From the NCBI GenBank assembly GCA_002633005.1, contig NMRA01000100.1, forward strand, positions 270,302 through 334,301: DNA of 64,000 nt. Reading direction: 5' to 3'. Both the position numbers and the translations under genes were made by a program. Position 1 is the first letter of the stretch, and each line of letters begins with the position of its first letter. The notes beneath the pieces were generated by a model. It had not been told where the DNA came from. It ran no database searches and saw only the letters and a list, made by a program, of their open reading frames with translations. This stretch comes from Phoronis australis. Lineage: Eukaryota; Animalia; Phoronida. This document shows, in pieces, positions 11,793 to 24,710 of the stretch.

Positions 11793-14103
11793 GGGTCTCC
11801 TACAATGTTAGTTTTAATGGCTCTACCCCATTTGTGGGACAAGGAATTGAAAAAACAATCCACCTTTATCCATCATGGAAGCAAAGGACCTCACTTTCAC
11901 ACCGTACCACATACGTAGGGGGCCGTAGCGACAATCCCAAACCACAAGCAAGCAAAAGAACACATGAATTTGTAGCCAAGAGGGAATCTCTGGCACATAT
12001 CAGCCGACACACCTTGTATGGCTAGTAACGTTGGCAGTAACCAGGCTAAGGAATGAAGAGAACAGGAAGATCACATACTGGACAGGCTTCAACTCACTGA
12101 TCTGTACAAGCCAGTCTCTCACTGAGTTTGGTGCGTTACCACTACTTCCAGAGGTGGCCCATGATTGGTCGATCCTGCTAGTAGTTGTTATGCATACGAG
12201 ACAGTTGAAGAGGCTGGTTGTTGAACCCAAAACTTGGGGAATTGCATGCTAAAATGGCAGCTCAGATAGCTCTTGGGAAGNGATGAATTCGTTAAAGGAA
12301 ACCCACAGTTAGAGGCCTTTTGTTGTGAGGCTCTAAATTCATCACCAACAGCCTGTTCAGAGAAAAACAAAACCATAAAAGCCGAGAGCACAAAGCAAAC
12401 TACCCACAATTTGCTGGAACTGTTGCCAATTGCCAAGACACTTGAAACATTCAGAGAACAGGACTGCGAAATGATCAGCCAATGCCATCTTCAAGTCCAT
12501 TTTGAAATATCTGCATCGAGTCCAAACCATCATGGTGTTTGTGGCAATATCTCGAAATGCTGATTTGAGTTTGCATCTCCAGGCTGTTGATGCAAGGATC
12601 AAAGTTTTCTTTTGCTTTTGCTCGCATCAACTACAAAAGACTCCGGCCTACATACATTGATGATGTGCAAGACCTGAGAACCAAACACTACGACATGTGG
12701 ACTGAAATTGGAACAGGCATCTCAGTCAGCAAAACCGAAATCCCATTTGTGTCCTTTGATGCAGACCAAGCTTGTGAACACCTCGAGTGGATGGTGAAGG
12801 CCAATTCTGTACTGAACGTTATTTCCGGCAATGTCAATGAGATTCTTCATATCTGTCTACAGACTCTGCCAATTAGTCAAGATTTACAATAAGCAACAGG
12901 CGTCCTCTACGTTTTGACGAAAACAATCAAGAAGCAGATACGTTGGTAATACATCATGCAGTGCGGGCATCCCATCAAAACGTCCCTCATTCTCACCTGG
13001 TACTTTTTTCACCAGACACAGATGTTCTGATACTCGTCATTGCCTACTATGACCGGCTTCTCAGAAAAACTTCAGCCTCAATGGCATCTGGGACTGTGGG
13101 CATAAATCCAATATGGACAGCACTAGGTGCTACCCAGACAAACCCTCTACCGGCTTTCCATGCTTTTACAGGGGCAGACAAAACTGGTCGGTTCTCCAGG
13201 ATAGGCAAAACAACATGGTTGAATATATAGTTGGAGGCTGACAGTGATTTTGTCATTGCATTGCATACTCTTTGTACTGCTTCTTGTTCACAATAGCCCG
13301 TTTTACATGTGCTGCATACTCACCACAGGGTATTGACATAAATAGTATCCCCGAGCTGAGATTGTACCTCTTCTGCAAACATACGGCTTACAGCGACAAA
13401 CTTCCACCACCCATTGGGGCTTTGAACAGCGTGTGCTGAGGATGTTTATTCAAGCCAGAGTTTGGGGACCGGTAGCCATTGCTCGGCAGAAGTTCCTTGA
13501 CCCTTGCAGAAAATGGATTTTACAAGGACAAAGACGACCAACTGACACCTCTCACAACTTAGGAGGCTCCGGCGCCAGGTGCTTTCATTTAGATGGTTAG
13601 ATGTCAATACAAAAGATATTGTTCCTCCCAACGATGCTCTCGTTGATCAAAGGACCTACCTTGCACACATCTATGTCAGTGTTGTCCAGAATGTCAGAAT
13701 TTTAAACTCTTATAATGCCGTCATCCCTGATGCCAACGACGACAGAGATGGCGACAGTGATGATTTGTAGACTTATTTCAAAGTTTTGAAAGACTATTGA
13801 CACTACAATAAAGACACTCTCATGTTCTGCAGACGTAAATAGGTTGTATAGATAGTGGTTGAATTTAAGTGTGTTGAAGGAAACAAATCCGAACGAAATA
13901 TGTAAGTAGTAAGACCACAAACATTTTTAAGTCTGGCAAGATAGTGTGCATGTGTGTTGGAATACATGATGAAGGCATTTACAAAATGTGGCTGCTAATA
14001 AACGGGTTCTTGATTATGTTTTACATTTAATAAGTTGCATTTTCGGATTCATTGCCAACAACAATGTGGGTGCAGCCATTAAAACTAACATTCTAGGTGA
14101 CCC
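11793..14103 (+). mobile_element. Degenerate Academ (AcademX-type) DNA transposon: transposase, XPG-like nuclease and Cys-rich finger remnants
   Basis: Broken frames carry ITYWTGFNSL..LPLLP, FARINYKR..YIDD..DQACEHL, QEADTLVIHHA..SPDTDVL, LPAFHAFTGADKTGRFSRIGKTTW, DKLPP and CSSQRC..LPCTHLCQCCPECQN. An imperfect ~65-bp inverted repeat lies at 11793-11858 and 14036-14103. The true right end may extend to cctgacta at ~14273. Confidence 0.78.
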
Positions 14104-14559
14104 AAGAGCATAGATACTGAACAAAATGTATGTTACCGGTGCCGTTTTTGAAAATCCAAGATGGCCGACAAAATGGCCGTCAGAAAGGCATTACTTATTT
14201 TCTGATTTGTTATTCCATGAGGTTTCCACTTTCCACCAAAAAACTCAGCAAAATTACACAACAAACCTGACTATTAACTGACAGTAAGCAATCAAAGAAC
14301 GCGTTCACACCGTCTCTACCCTCTGTAATGAGGGAAAAATTGCTTTTCAGACTGTTCAGTGATCCCAAAAGTGTTATCAACGTATCTCAATCAAACTCTT
14401 GATTTCACTTTAGAATAAGTGCAAGTTGGCGACAATAGGGGATATGGGGGATTCCACGACGCATATATTTGTTGATCAAATGAAAAATATAGTGCCTTGA
14501 AAAATCTGCAGAAGATCACTCACATCCGTACCAGATAAACTCGTCCTTGGCCACAGTTC

Positions 14560-14790
14560 GTGGTCACTGCAGAGGCGCTCATGAATCACTGCAACAGCGA
14601 CTCGGTTACACACCATGTTGCCACGTTCGTTGCTGACATTTTGTCTCCGCTAGTCGGCCAATCAGTCCATCACAATGTCAACATTCAGAATCTTGTGGAA
14701 AAGGTGAGCGATAGTTTCTCGAGGAAGACGCGCTTTTCACATCCTATGACGTTTTTTCTTGTATGTATACTCACCTGCTGCAAGGATTCC
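14560..14790 (+). mobile_element. Penelope-like RT N-terminal fragment
   Basis: SDSVTHHVATFVADILSPLVGQSVHHNVNIQNLVEKV resembles the Penelope RT segment upstream of the DV.SLFT motif. Confidence 0.5.
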
Positions 14791-14882
14791 TGAACGCCTC
14801 TGTAATGACCAACGGCTGTCCTCAAGAACGGGGGTCACTTGTTGGTACACCGAAGTACAGAACCAAAACAATATGTACCGAT

Positions 14883-15724
14883 GGCCGGTCGGCGCATCGA
14901 CCCATGAGTGACCCTCAGGTGCCATGCCAAAGCGCTTATTATTTATCTTAAGATTTTTGACAATACATATCTAATTGTGTATGGAATCCTACGTAACAAT
15001 TAAATAAGATGGACAAGGTAGTTATTGAACCCTTTTATATGACGGTAAACAACACATATTTCCACTGTTCCCTGCAGGACCCAGGCAACAAAATCTGATA
15101 CAGTGTAATGATTTTGTTCTTTTTTCACATACCCCTAGACAGGATAACAATTTCAAAACATTAAATCATGAAACTAATCACTGCAGTGATCACGGCTATA
15201 ATTTGTGCGGAACAAAAATTGAACAATTTTTTGAAAACAACCTTAAAATCATTTGCTTGCAGGCAAAATTGTGGAATTCTGTATAAAAAACTTTTTTTCA
15301 CACTTTACATGTGCGCGCGCGGGGGGGCTCCTCAGAGTAGAAAACGAGACAAAAGTCCACTAGAAAGTTAGGAACAACCAGAATTGGGCGAATGCACAAT
15401 TCATAGCTGTGAACGTACCCCGTGAATCTTAGCCAAAGGTACATGTTCTACAAAATTTGAGCCCCCCACATTGTTTAGGCTGGATGCGCCCACGCTCTGA
15501 AATTATTCATAAGATCATCCCGGACGGGAAAATGGACAAAACAATGTTTCTCACCGAAAGTGATCTAGTCTTCCTCAACAGTACAAATTCCATTGCAGGA
15601 CAAGCCCGCGATCATTACACTTCAAACACCATTGTACGTGGATCCATTTTCGGAGCACAAGAGACACGGGAAAAATTTCGAAAAATCATATGAAATTGGC
15701 AACTTCTCAATACTCCTGGTCGTT
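14883..15724 (+). repeat. Dispersed ~600-bp repeat, copy 1 (interrupted by a MITE at 15308-15494)
   Basis: Colinear with 48404-48989, from ggccggtcggcgcatcgacccatgagtgacc to aatactcctggtcgt. Confidence 0.85.
15308..15494. mobile_element. MITE of the CATGCGCGCAC family
   Basis: Contains the family core gacaaaagtccacta. Absent from the paralogous site at ~48775 (cactttgaaag). Flanks cttta / ctctg are consistent with a decayed 5-bp TSD ctttg. Confidence 0.7.
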
Positions 15725-15892
15725 CTTAGGCTATCCGCAAATTCTATGGCTAAATGAATTTTCCCGCAAATTTGACTTAAAAATGAGCTGGGTACTTACA
15801 GGCTATCGTTAACATAGCCTGAACGGAGCAAACTTCAAACTTCAAGACACGGGAAAATTTTTTCACCAATAACGCTGATAGTTGGCAGTAAC

Positions 15893-16059
15893 CAGAGGCG
15901 GAAGTGGGGGGCCAAGGGTGTCAAGTCCCCCTCCCCTAAAATTTTCTCTCCCAGATTCCATTTGGCAGTCGGGGTGCGAATTACTGATGGGCAAAATCCT
16001 GGCTAATACTCTGCCCTGCCCCCACCCACCCCCAACTCAAAATCCTGTATCCGCCCCTG
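15893..16059. mobile_element. hAT-like MITE with 5-bp TSD
   Basis: TIRs cagaggcgga / tccgcccctg with perfect TSD gtaac. Inverted relative at 47282-47435. Confidence 0.75.
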
Positions 16060-16199
16060 GTAACAAGACTTAAACATACACTCTCTGCCACAGACTTTTA
16101 GCAAATTGTGCAGTTATCTCCCATGACTTCTAATTTACTGATAATAGTTCATTCCCCAGTATTTCTTATGGAGGGCTGCAGACAAAATTTAGCACATGC

Positions 16200-16784
16200 G
16201 CAGTAGCACGTTACAAGTTTTTGGCCAAGGAAAAGAGAGCGTTCAACACCAATGCTGGAGTAAAACCAACGATTTGGTTGAGAGATGTTGATGATACTTT
16301 TAAGATTATTAAAGAGTCTGAAAAGCAAAACCTTTCTCTCGATAAACAACATAAACGGATATATGAGAGACACAAGATTCGTGATTCCCTGGAAAGATAC
16401 AGGTACCCACGTTGGGTCTTTAGCAAGGCTACCCGTAGAGCACTCCGATTGGAAATCAACAACATTGACGCTATTCAACCTGATCAACCATTGGCCAGGA
16501 TACCTCTTCCTTATGTAGAAAGAGTTTCTGAACAACTACTACCTGTGTTCAGGACATTTGATATCACCACGTCTTTCAAAAACGTGTTGGCACTTTGAGA
16601 CAAGAACTCGTGAACCCTACGGACAAACAACCTAAGGAAAAGATAGCTGGTGTGGTCTGTGGAACACAGTGTGAAGAGTGCCCTGAAACCTATGTAGGTA
16701 AAACTAAGCAGTCCTAGAAAATACGGTTGTCCCAACATCGTCGGCCTAGCTCCGGTAACACTTATGACTCTTATGCCGTGTGTA
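16200..16784 (+). mobile_element. Degenerate Penelope-like retroelement fragment (RT end plus GIY-YIG), running into the gap
   Basis: KPTIWLRDVDDTF (YVDD-type motif), IPLPYVERVSEQL, and GVVCGTQCEECPETYVGKTKQS*KIRLSQHRR (GIY-YIG signature). Confidence 0.8.
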
Positions 16785-18208
16785 NNNNNNNNNNNNNNNN
16801 NNNNNNNNNNNNNNNNNNNNNNNNNNNNNNNNNNNNNNNNNNNNNNNNNNNNNNNNNNNNNNNNNNNNNNNNNNNNNNNNNNNNNNNNNNNNNNNNNNNN
16901 NNNNNNNNNNNNNNNNNNNNNNNNNNNNNNNNNNNNNNNNNNNNNNNNNNNNNNNNNNNNNNNNNNNNNNNNNNNNNNNNNNNNNNNNNNNNNNNNNNNN
17001 NNNNNNNNNNNNNNNNNNNNNNNNNNNNNNNNNNNNNNNNNNNNNNNNNNNNNNNNNNNNNNNNNNNNNNNNNNNNNNNNNNNNNNNNNNNNNNNNNNNN
17101 NNNNNNNNNNNNNNNNNNNNNNNNNNNNNNNNNNNNNNNNNNNNNNNNNNNNNNNNNNNNNNNNNNNNNNTTTTTTATGAAGCTGCAAATATATAAATAG
17201 GAAAAGTGTTATGAAAAATAACACATGCTTGTGTCTACAGACTGGAGACATTCCGTTTCATGTGTGTGGAAAATCGAGATTTTTGTCAAGGCATTCACGC
17301 AAAACATTCATCCAGAATGGAATGTTTGCAATTTAAAGGCTGCTCTTGAAACTTGCCGCTGTATTTATTAGAAACAGCAAGCACACATACTAATCGTTAT
17401 CATATTAACTAACAGGGGAAAAAAGTATATCATGTAATCCAATGTACCCGAGTTCTTAACATTTCGCCCAAGATATCCCTAAAACAATCTCTTTGCAGTT
17501 GGTTTTCCGTAGCGCTCACCTCGGCGCATTCCGTGATCAGACTTTGGTTGGCTCTTTCATACAAAGCTTTTGCCACTTGGTTGTATGTGACGACATTCCT
17601 TGAAGTCACCCACGTTTGACGTTGGACTCGAGCCGTTGTTCTGTGACTTTCCGCCAGCCGAGGATCTTCCTTAAATAGAGAACAAGGCAAAATTGTGCAT
17701 GGATGCATGTCCCACGCGGGCACATCGGGCGAAAAGCCGCCAGTGAGATGTTGGCCAGGACAGAATGTACCGATCACATGTGGTGGATAGAACTGTCAGG
17801 GAAGGTTGGTTAGAACAAACCGAACACAGGGTCGTTTTGTTGAAAAGACGTCCGCGGTAAGGCATTCGTAGGAAATTCGTTAACGCTTAATGAAGACTAT
17901 TAGACAGAGCACAATAAAACCAGGCGGTGTTTTCAATATCCAAGAAGTAAAGACGTGAGAAGGCACAGTGGGCGAGACATCTTGTTAATATTGTGTACTG
18001 GCGACATCTTAAACTCTTTTGCGAAAAATCTAGAACTTTGATACCGGGTGTCTTCGACGAAGCATTTTGTTCCGCTGTAAATTACTTTCATTGATTCTCT
18101 TGTTGAACAAAAATGCACAAAAATAGCATTAGATGTACTAACAGCTGCCGACAGAGGAGGTTCGATGAGCTAAAATACAAAGGAAAGTGAGAAGCAGCGG
18201 TAGCAATC

Positions 18209-18442
18209 CATGCGCGCACCCAATCTTTAAAATGGGTTGGCTCGAATTGCCGACGATATGGACTTTTTACTAACAAAAAGCGGACGGACTAAAAAAATCA
18301 CGAGGTACCACGTTCGGAGCTGTGAATTGTGCGTTTTCGCCTTTTTAGTGGACTTTTGTCTCGTTTTCCCGGACTTCTTGTTTTTCCGAGGCGGACCTTT
18401 TTGCCTACTTCGCCAAATGCGGGCTCCCTGAGTGCGCGCATG
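18209..18442. mobile_element. MITE of the CATGCGCGCAC family with perfect 5-bp TSD
   Basis: TIRs catgcgcgcac / gtgcgcgcatg with TSD caatc on both sides. Confidence 0.85.
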
Positions 18443-21400
18443 CAATCACAAGAAAATCAACTAATGTTTCTATTTTTGTCATGCTTCACATATATTTGTC
18501 ATTACTTACGTCGGTCAACTTATCGAGTTTCTTCTGACATTTCTCCTGCACGATGTTCCTTTTCACAACTTGCTGAGCAGTTTTTTTCCCTGTATCCATG
18601 CTCTTTACGCTTCTAAAGAACACACAAATAATACACTACTTTAGTTAATGTCCTACAATAACACTTGGTTTAACCCCAAAACGTCGTAGCCAACAATATA
18701 ACCAGCTTATGGCGATGAAGGTGCAGGTGAACAATTCAAATCTGTTCAAATTATTCTCACAGCAGTACAGCGTACAAGCGCAGGCTGGTGGGTTACAAAA
18801 GTTCCAGACACTTAAAGCTAATGAAACTGTCTCCAAATGTAGTTCAGCTATATGACTGCAGAAAGTCTCGGTAATCAGCAAAAGGCACGCAGTTAGGACG
18901 AATTTCAATGGATTACATGCATACAGAAATTTTTTTAAAATGGCAAACTCGTAATTAATTAATCTTTGTCCTTATTTTTGCCTTTGAAAGGGGACATGAG
19001 CAGTACTCTTGACGTTAGTCTTTTTGAAGCCGTGAGTGTGGACCATGTTAATCAATCATGTTGTTGCTCCTTGTTCTTTGACTACCATTCTTATGAAAGA
19101 GCAACCTTTTTCCGTAAAATAAACCAAATCTCACAGAATTTTGAACTTTTAAGTATTTACATGCAACATGCTAATTTGTTTCAGTTCTGAGAAATTAAGG
19201 ACTAAAGCAGAAGGTATACATATTTTGAACTAATTTACAGAAGTAGGTCACTTTCGTTTGATGGTGATTTGGAGAGAATTGCAACTTCGCTGAGATACTT
19301 TCTTCAGAAATAATAGCGTTTCAAGCGAAATTTATGTTACTAGGCCTACAATTGAGGCGTCTTAAGTCTGTTTGACTACCATAACCAGATAGCAGCTGAA
19401 CACTACCATCACTACAATCAAACTTACGACTTGAATACAGCCATCGACCTCTCTGCGTCATATTTCATGAGATCAAGTCTTCTTTGGATGTCATTTTTGC
19501 GTGAGTCCATGAAATGCCAGAACTCTTCGATCTTTTTCGTATATTGGCCTACGGGAGATTGTGAGCAGACATTTTGAAAACATTGAAAATTTAAGCCTAG
19601 TTACATGACTGGTCTTTTCAGTACGTCTACCAGGACTATATGAAGCTCAGGGATCGCGGGCACGAGCCCTCTGGTCTCTAATACGTCTGCAGCCTGTTAT
19701 TGCTGATATTTAGTATGGCATTTTAAGCTGTAGGTCCTACTAATCCCTGTTGCTAAGCGGAATATGTCCTTGCCTTTCAGTAATTTTCGCATGCACCTTC
19801 CTACGACCCTGGTTCGTTAGCAACTGTTTTATTTGTAAGATAGTTCCACATAGACGTCTAGGCGCAAGTGGAAACAATAACTAAAACCGAATAACATTAG
19901 TTTGCCTTTAAAAAAAAGAATTTTAGACTTCCATAGACCGACTGCGTTTCGTAGACCATTCCTCTTTGGATAATGATGTAATATTTTTTGTGACATACAT
20001 TGTCGCAGTAACACACATGATTGTCCCGACGTCAATATGTGTTGATGTTAACGGCATATATTTTCTGACTAGGTACTATTGTATACCGTCGCGGGTGACA
20101 ATATACGTAACGGTAGAATGCTCTGTTCGGGGATGAAGCCACGCTGTCTCCTTGTTAAACTGATTTTAACTCGCTGTCGGAATAGCCTTTTTGTTACGGC
20201 AAATCCCGATCCACGTGGCAACTCTGTCAAGAGGAGAGTGATTAGTTCTCATTTAAGTATATGTTTTTCTATAAGTAAAAAGTTATAGTACAGTGAGCAA
20301 TTCAGTTTGTCTACATCAAGTGTTATGATCAGAAACACGATTCTCTGCAATACCCGCGAATACACTCACTTTCTGCCTTGCAGAGTTTCAGAGTCTTTTG
20401 CTGCCTTCTGTCCATTTCTCTAACAAGCCGGCTTACAACTTTTCCCATCTCCTTACAACACTTCATTTCAGCTTCATAGTACTTTGCCAGGTTGTTCTGC
20501 ACCCTTTAAATGAAAAGTACTTATGGGATTAACAAATCTGCATTAGGGATAATAATCTTTGAAGTACAATGAGCGAACATACCGTTAGACATTGGTTTAA
20601 AATACATTTCCCAAGTTGCGTGAATTTTGAACTGGTACAGTGAGTGCAATAATTGTTTGTCTTGTTGATAAATTGTTTTATCACAAAACATACTATATAT
20701 GGAAGACTCGGTAAGGAATACGCTCGAAACAAACATTCTTGTGATCAGTGCACTCAGTTTTTCAAGTTATTAGAAAAACACGTGCACTGAACTGGTGCAC
20801 AATTGTAAACAAATAAACAAAAGGTATCCCGGTAACATCTGGATCTGCGAAAAAATCAAGTTAGTCTATCAATTTCGACTATTTTCTTTGCGAAAAGCAC
20901 ATTGCAATGCTGATTATCTGCTATTTGGAATCAATTACTTACTCTTTCCTGATCTTCAGATCGTTAACACGATATTGCATCACATCTTTGATGATTTCAA
21001 GTGGCAAGTTGCCGTACATACTCAAACTACTCTCAAGTTCAGTCATTTTGGCACCACGATACCGCAATGCGAGTAACTTTGTAACTTTAGCTATAACGCT
21101 CTTACGAAACAATATGTGACGTAAATGTACTATGACGTCAAAAACAGAGAAACGTTCATCACATTGTTCGTTTTACTTGAAAACTACAAACGAAAAATTG
21201 ATGGTTTTGACACCATGGTTATCGAGATGAACTATCAACGTCGTAATTTTGTTTGGTTTTTCATCAGGTTTTAACTAGTGAATATCACAGACAAAAAATC
21301 CTACGACCCAGTCATTGTGATTTCAATGGTTATTAGGGTGTTAAGACATGTTACAACGAAACCTAGAGCATAACCGTAGGAGAAAAATAAAAAAAAAAAC

Positions 21401-21729
21401 ATCCGCACTTGTTACATCGGAAGCCGACCGTCTTGCAAAACACCACCCCTCATCCACCACAAACCCTTACCACTCCAGTAAATGCGAATTCCTTATGTCT
21501 ATCTTCACATGCGCGCCCCCAGCCTAAAATATGGGGGCTCGAATATTCCAGTAAGTGGACCTTTTACGGCAAACTGAGTCGGGGACTAAAAACAACAACA
21601 ACAACAATAAAACGGCAGCCAGTTAATAACAAGATGACCACAGGCACATTTTGATTAGACGTTCGTTGTTCTATTTTAGATGTTCGCTTTTCAAATGGAC
21701 TCTGCGTTTACCACTTCGCCAAGTAAGAT

Positions 21730-22110
21730 AAACTTACATGTTGTCAGTCAAGTTTGGTCTCATGACTCGTGGAAACTTGTCATGTCGAGACGACCAAGTA
21801 TAAAGAGTATTCCAAAAATCCGTGGCAGGCAGAGACCGAAGTTCAAAATAAAACGGCCAGAGCGGTAAATTGTCTCCCGTCCGGCTACATAACTGAACTA
21901 ATACTGAACATTCAATTTGCGCGCGTGCTTGACATAAGTATCCAAAAGTATCATTGGCCGTTGTCAAATACCGGAACACCCTGCATTCCAGCCGGAATGG
22001 ATTGTTGCGAAATGGAGCAGCAAATCGGTTTAGATACCGGCCGGCATGAAAAGGGCATATACCAGCGGGCGACTTTTTGGTCGTGTCAGTGGGGAAGGGT
22101 CCCCTAAATT
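21730..22110 (+). mobile_element. Non-LTR retrotransposon (CR1/L2-clade-like) 3' remnant
   Basis: Degenerate L..(E/D)TGR....QR motif (GLDTGRHEKGIYQR) typical of LINE ORF2 C-termini. Heavily frameshifted. Confidence 0.35.
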
Positions 22111-22214
22111 AGACAAAGTTTATCCTGGAGATCGGTGTTTTGTAGTAAGATATACGTATACAGCAGCAAAATGTGAGGAAATATTTACATGTAATTTATT
22201 ACTTAACCCCGGTA

Positions 22215-22560
22215 ATTGACCTATCGCCAGGATTACGACTGGCGGCTTAACTGACCAATCAGAACGCAGCCTTCTTGAAACACCTTCGTCTGCGTTTCCA
22301 AGCCGCCATTTTACCCAACAAACAATGCGTTGTCGTGTGAAACTTATTTTAGTCTATAGCTTAGGAAATTGCGTGATAAAAATGGTGATACGGTGTCGAT
22401 ATGGCGTGTGTAATTCTGACAGCCTTTATGCAGCTCGAGAAGAATGTCTCGTCATTTTTAGCCATCTCCTAAACCAAAAAGTGACGTCGAAAGGTTTAAA
22501 CAATGTATCAAACGGCCACGTACACGAGCAGCGATGTTGCTTAATTACTCGAAGGTTAAA
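22215..22560 (+). mobile_element. Dispersed repeat (CCAAT plus gccgccatttt) leading into a degenerate THAP-like ORF start
   Basis: MVIRCRYGVCNSDSLY (C-x4-C start). The upstream ~110 bp recurs in reverse orientation at ~38140-38240 and ~38450-38550. Confidence 0.4.
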
Positions 22561-23022
22561 CACTCGTATATTTGATCCAAGATACACAATAGTTCAGTTT
22601 GGTGGCTATAGTGTAGGCTTAGTGATTTTGACTCCGGAGTTTCACTCGTCTGGTCGCCTTTAATTGTCTCGGCTGACTTGCTGGATCTCAGCACTAGAGT
22701 CTAGCGATTGTCCCTGGAATTTTTTTATATTTTTACTATTTTTCAGTTATTTTGACCCATAGACATCGTCTTGTTTAGTAGCAGAGGTACATTTTTTGTC
22801 ATTTATATACCCGTAAACTTGCGTTCAACTGAACTTGTTTTCCAAAATTGAGATATTCGATCGGCACCGAAGACAGGAAGGGGCACTGGATAACTGTACT
22901 CAAAGCCTTGTTCGAGTTGTTGTCACGAAAAAATAAACAGTTGAATTACGTTTTGATGAGAACCTCTAGTAAAAACTTCGCCTGTAGAGTTACAGAGAGC
23001 TCATTTTGAAGTAATTAAAACA

Positions 23023-23125
<103 letters not shown>

Positions 23126-23804
23126 AAGCTTTAAAAAAGGAATTTAAGTTGTTTTTGTAAATAGTCATTTTTCCACTACACCAGACTTGTCATTTTTTGT
23201 AACCATGCCACAGTTTAATGATCATGCTACGTTTAGAAATAAGTGCAAGCTACTTTTATTCAGTGAAACTTTAGAAAAATGCGAACTTCATCAAAACCTA
23301 ACTTAAATGTCTTAATGGTGTAAGTTCGTGCATTAATTTGACTTAGACACATCCCTCCACCTACCGGAGGTAACTGCTTGCCTTGGACAAGATGAGTGGG
23401 TAGCCTACTTGATCTTTAAATCTGAGTTTATTTAATCGAAATATTTCGTTCAAAGATTAGAAAAACGTAAACAGTGCTATCGACTCGACTTTCTTTACTC
23501 GGGAGTCCTATGGCTACGGGAAGTTGTGATCTACTTTTCGTTTGGCGGATTTTAGCAGACGACAAGATAAAATATCGGTGAATGTTCTCTGATAAAAATA
23601 TTTCCAGGTGATCAGTGCAATCGGCCAACAGGCGAGGCCTGCGCACGTCTGGTACAACGTGTATCAGATCGCCTGCAATTATTCTATTTTTTCTCTGATT
23701 TTGTTCGAAAGATCCTGAAATCTATGGCATCGTACATTGAGATAATTCCGCTTTAAAGTACATACCCAGCTCCCTCTAACAGGTGATGTGTTGTGATCTA
23801 ACGT

Positions 23805-24160
23805 AACAAGCGCAGGTGGCGCAAACTACGTTGAATCCATCCGAAAACGGGAGGACAGCGTCATCTCACTAATAGGTGCCTATATACCAAATTTTATGAA
23901 ACTCCGATCAGGACTTTTGAAGATACAGAGGTAAACGCAAAAAAAATAAAATTGCCACTAGGGGCACACCGGTAGTCGGATACGTCCGAAAGTTCGCTCA
24001 TGCCGTCCCATCCACGAAAGGAACACATCTGCAAAATTTCATGAAGATACATCAAGGCGTTTTAGAGATAGCGCAGCGGACGCCGGACGGACGGACGGAC
24101 GGGCGGACGGACGGACGGAGATGACGGCCTGCGTCCACATATAAATATGTGGGCGCATAA
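23805..24160 (+). mobile_element. Helentron-associated non-autonomous element (HINE / Pearl / DINE-1-like)
   Basis: 5' aacaagcgcagg with short subterminal inverted match cctgcg. Two internal caaa-tttcatgaa core repeats. (GGAC)n at 24085-24119. 3' hairpin tgcgtccacat-ataaat-atgtgggcgca followed by an A-run. Confidence 0.65.
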
Positions 24161-24335
24161 AAAGGCGTAGGAACAAGTCTATGCTGACCAATGACTGACC
24201 CCAATGTATTAACAGCTGTAATTAATAAATTCCATTTGACAATAAGTTGGATATTTGTAAGCTAATTGACTTCAATTACAATTTTTGTTGATCAAGTTTA
24301 TGCATAATGTCAAAGTGACTATATTTAATCTTCAA

Positions 24336-24710
24336 AGGGACATTATCCGAGAGAAAAGGACACATCTGAGATCATGATTAGCCTCGGCGTGAAATCCAAC
24401 CCGGAGCTCCCTCTCTCGGTAGCAGTATCAAACCATAGACATCACACTATAGTATTAATATGTCTATGGTCTCAAACCCTCTGCTAGCGGAGCGAAATCT
24501 CACTCGCCTCATTATTTATCGGGCAAAGTCACCGGGGTTGATTTCAGCGAATGTCTGGTAGACAACGGTGATACTATTGGCAAGTTGTAATAAAATCACA
24601 GAAACAACCGAATTTGTTGTCTACTAGATGTGGTTCAAGTCATTGACAATCCAAGAAGTCTGTCACATCCAAGGATAATCACAAAATGCGTTTTTGGCCG
24701 TCATGTCCCT
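24336..24710. mobile_element. Kolobok-like MITE
   Basis: TIRs agggacat / atgtccct flanked by tcaa and ttaa (TTAA TSD with one mismatch). Confidence 0.5.

Noticed and set aside
16511-17251. Long ORFs of 138-246 aa
   Set aside because: They read through the N gap and are artefacts.
17430-18118. Staggered minus-strand ORFs with coding-like composition
   Set aside because: No motif I can confidently name and no splice support.
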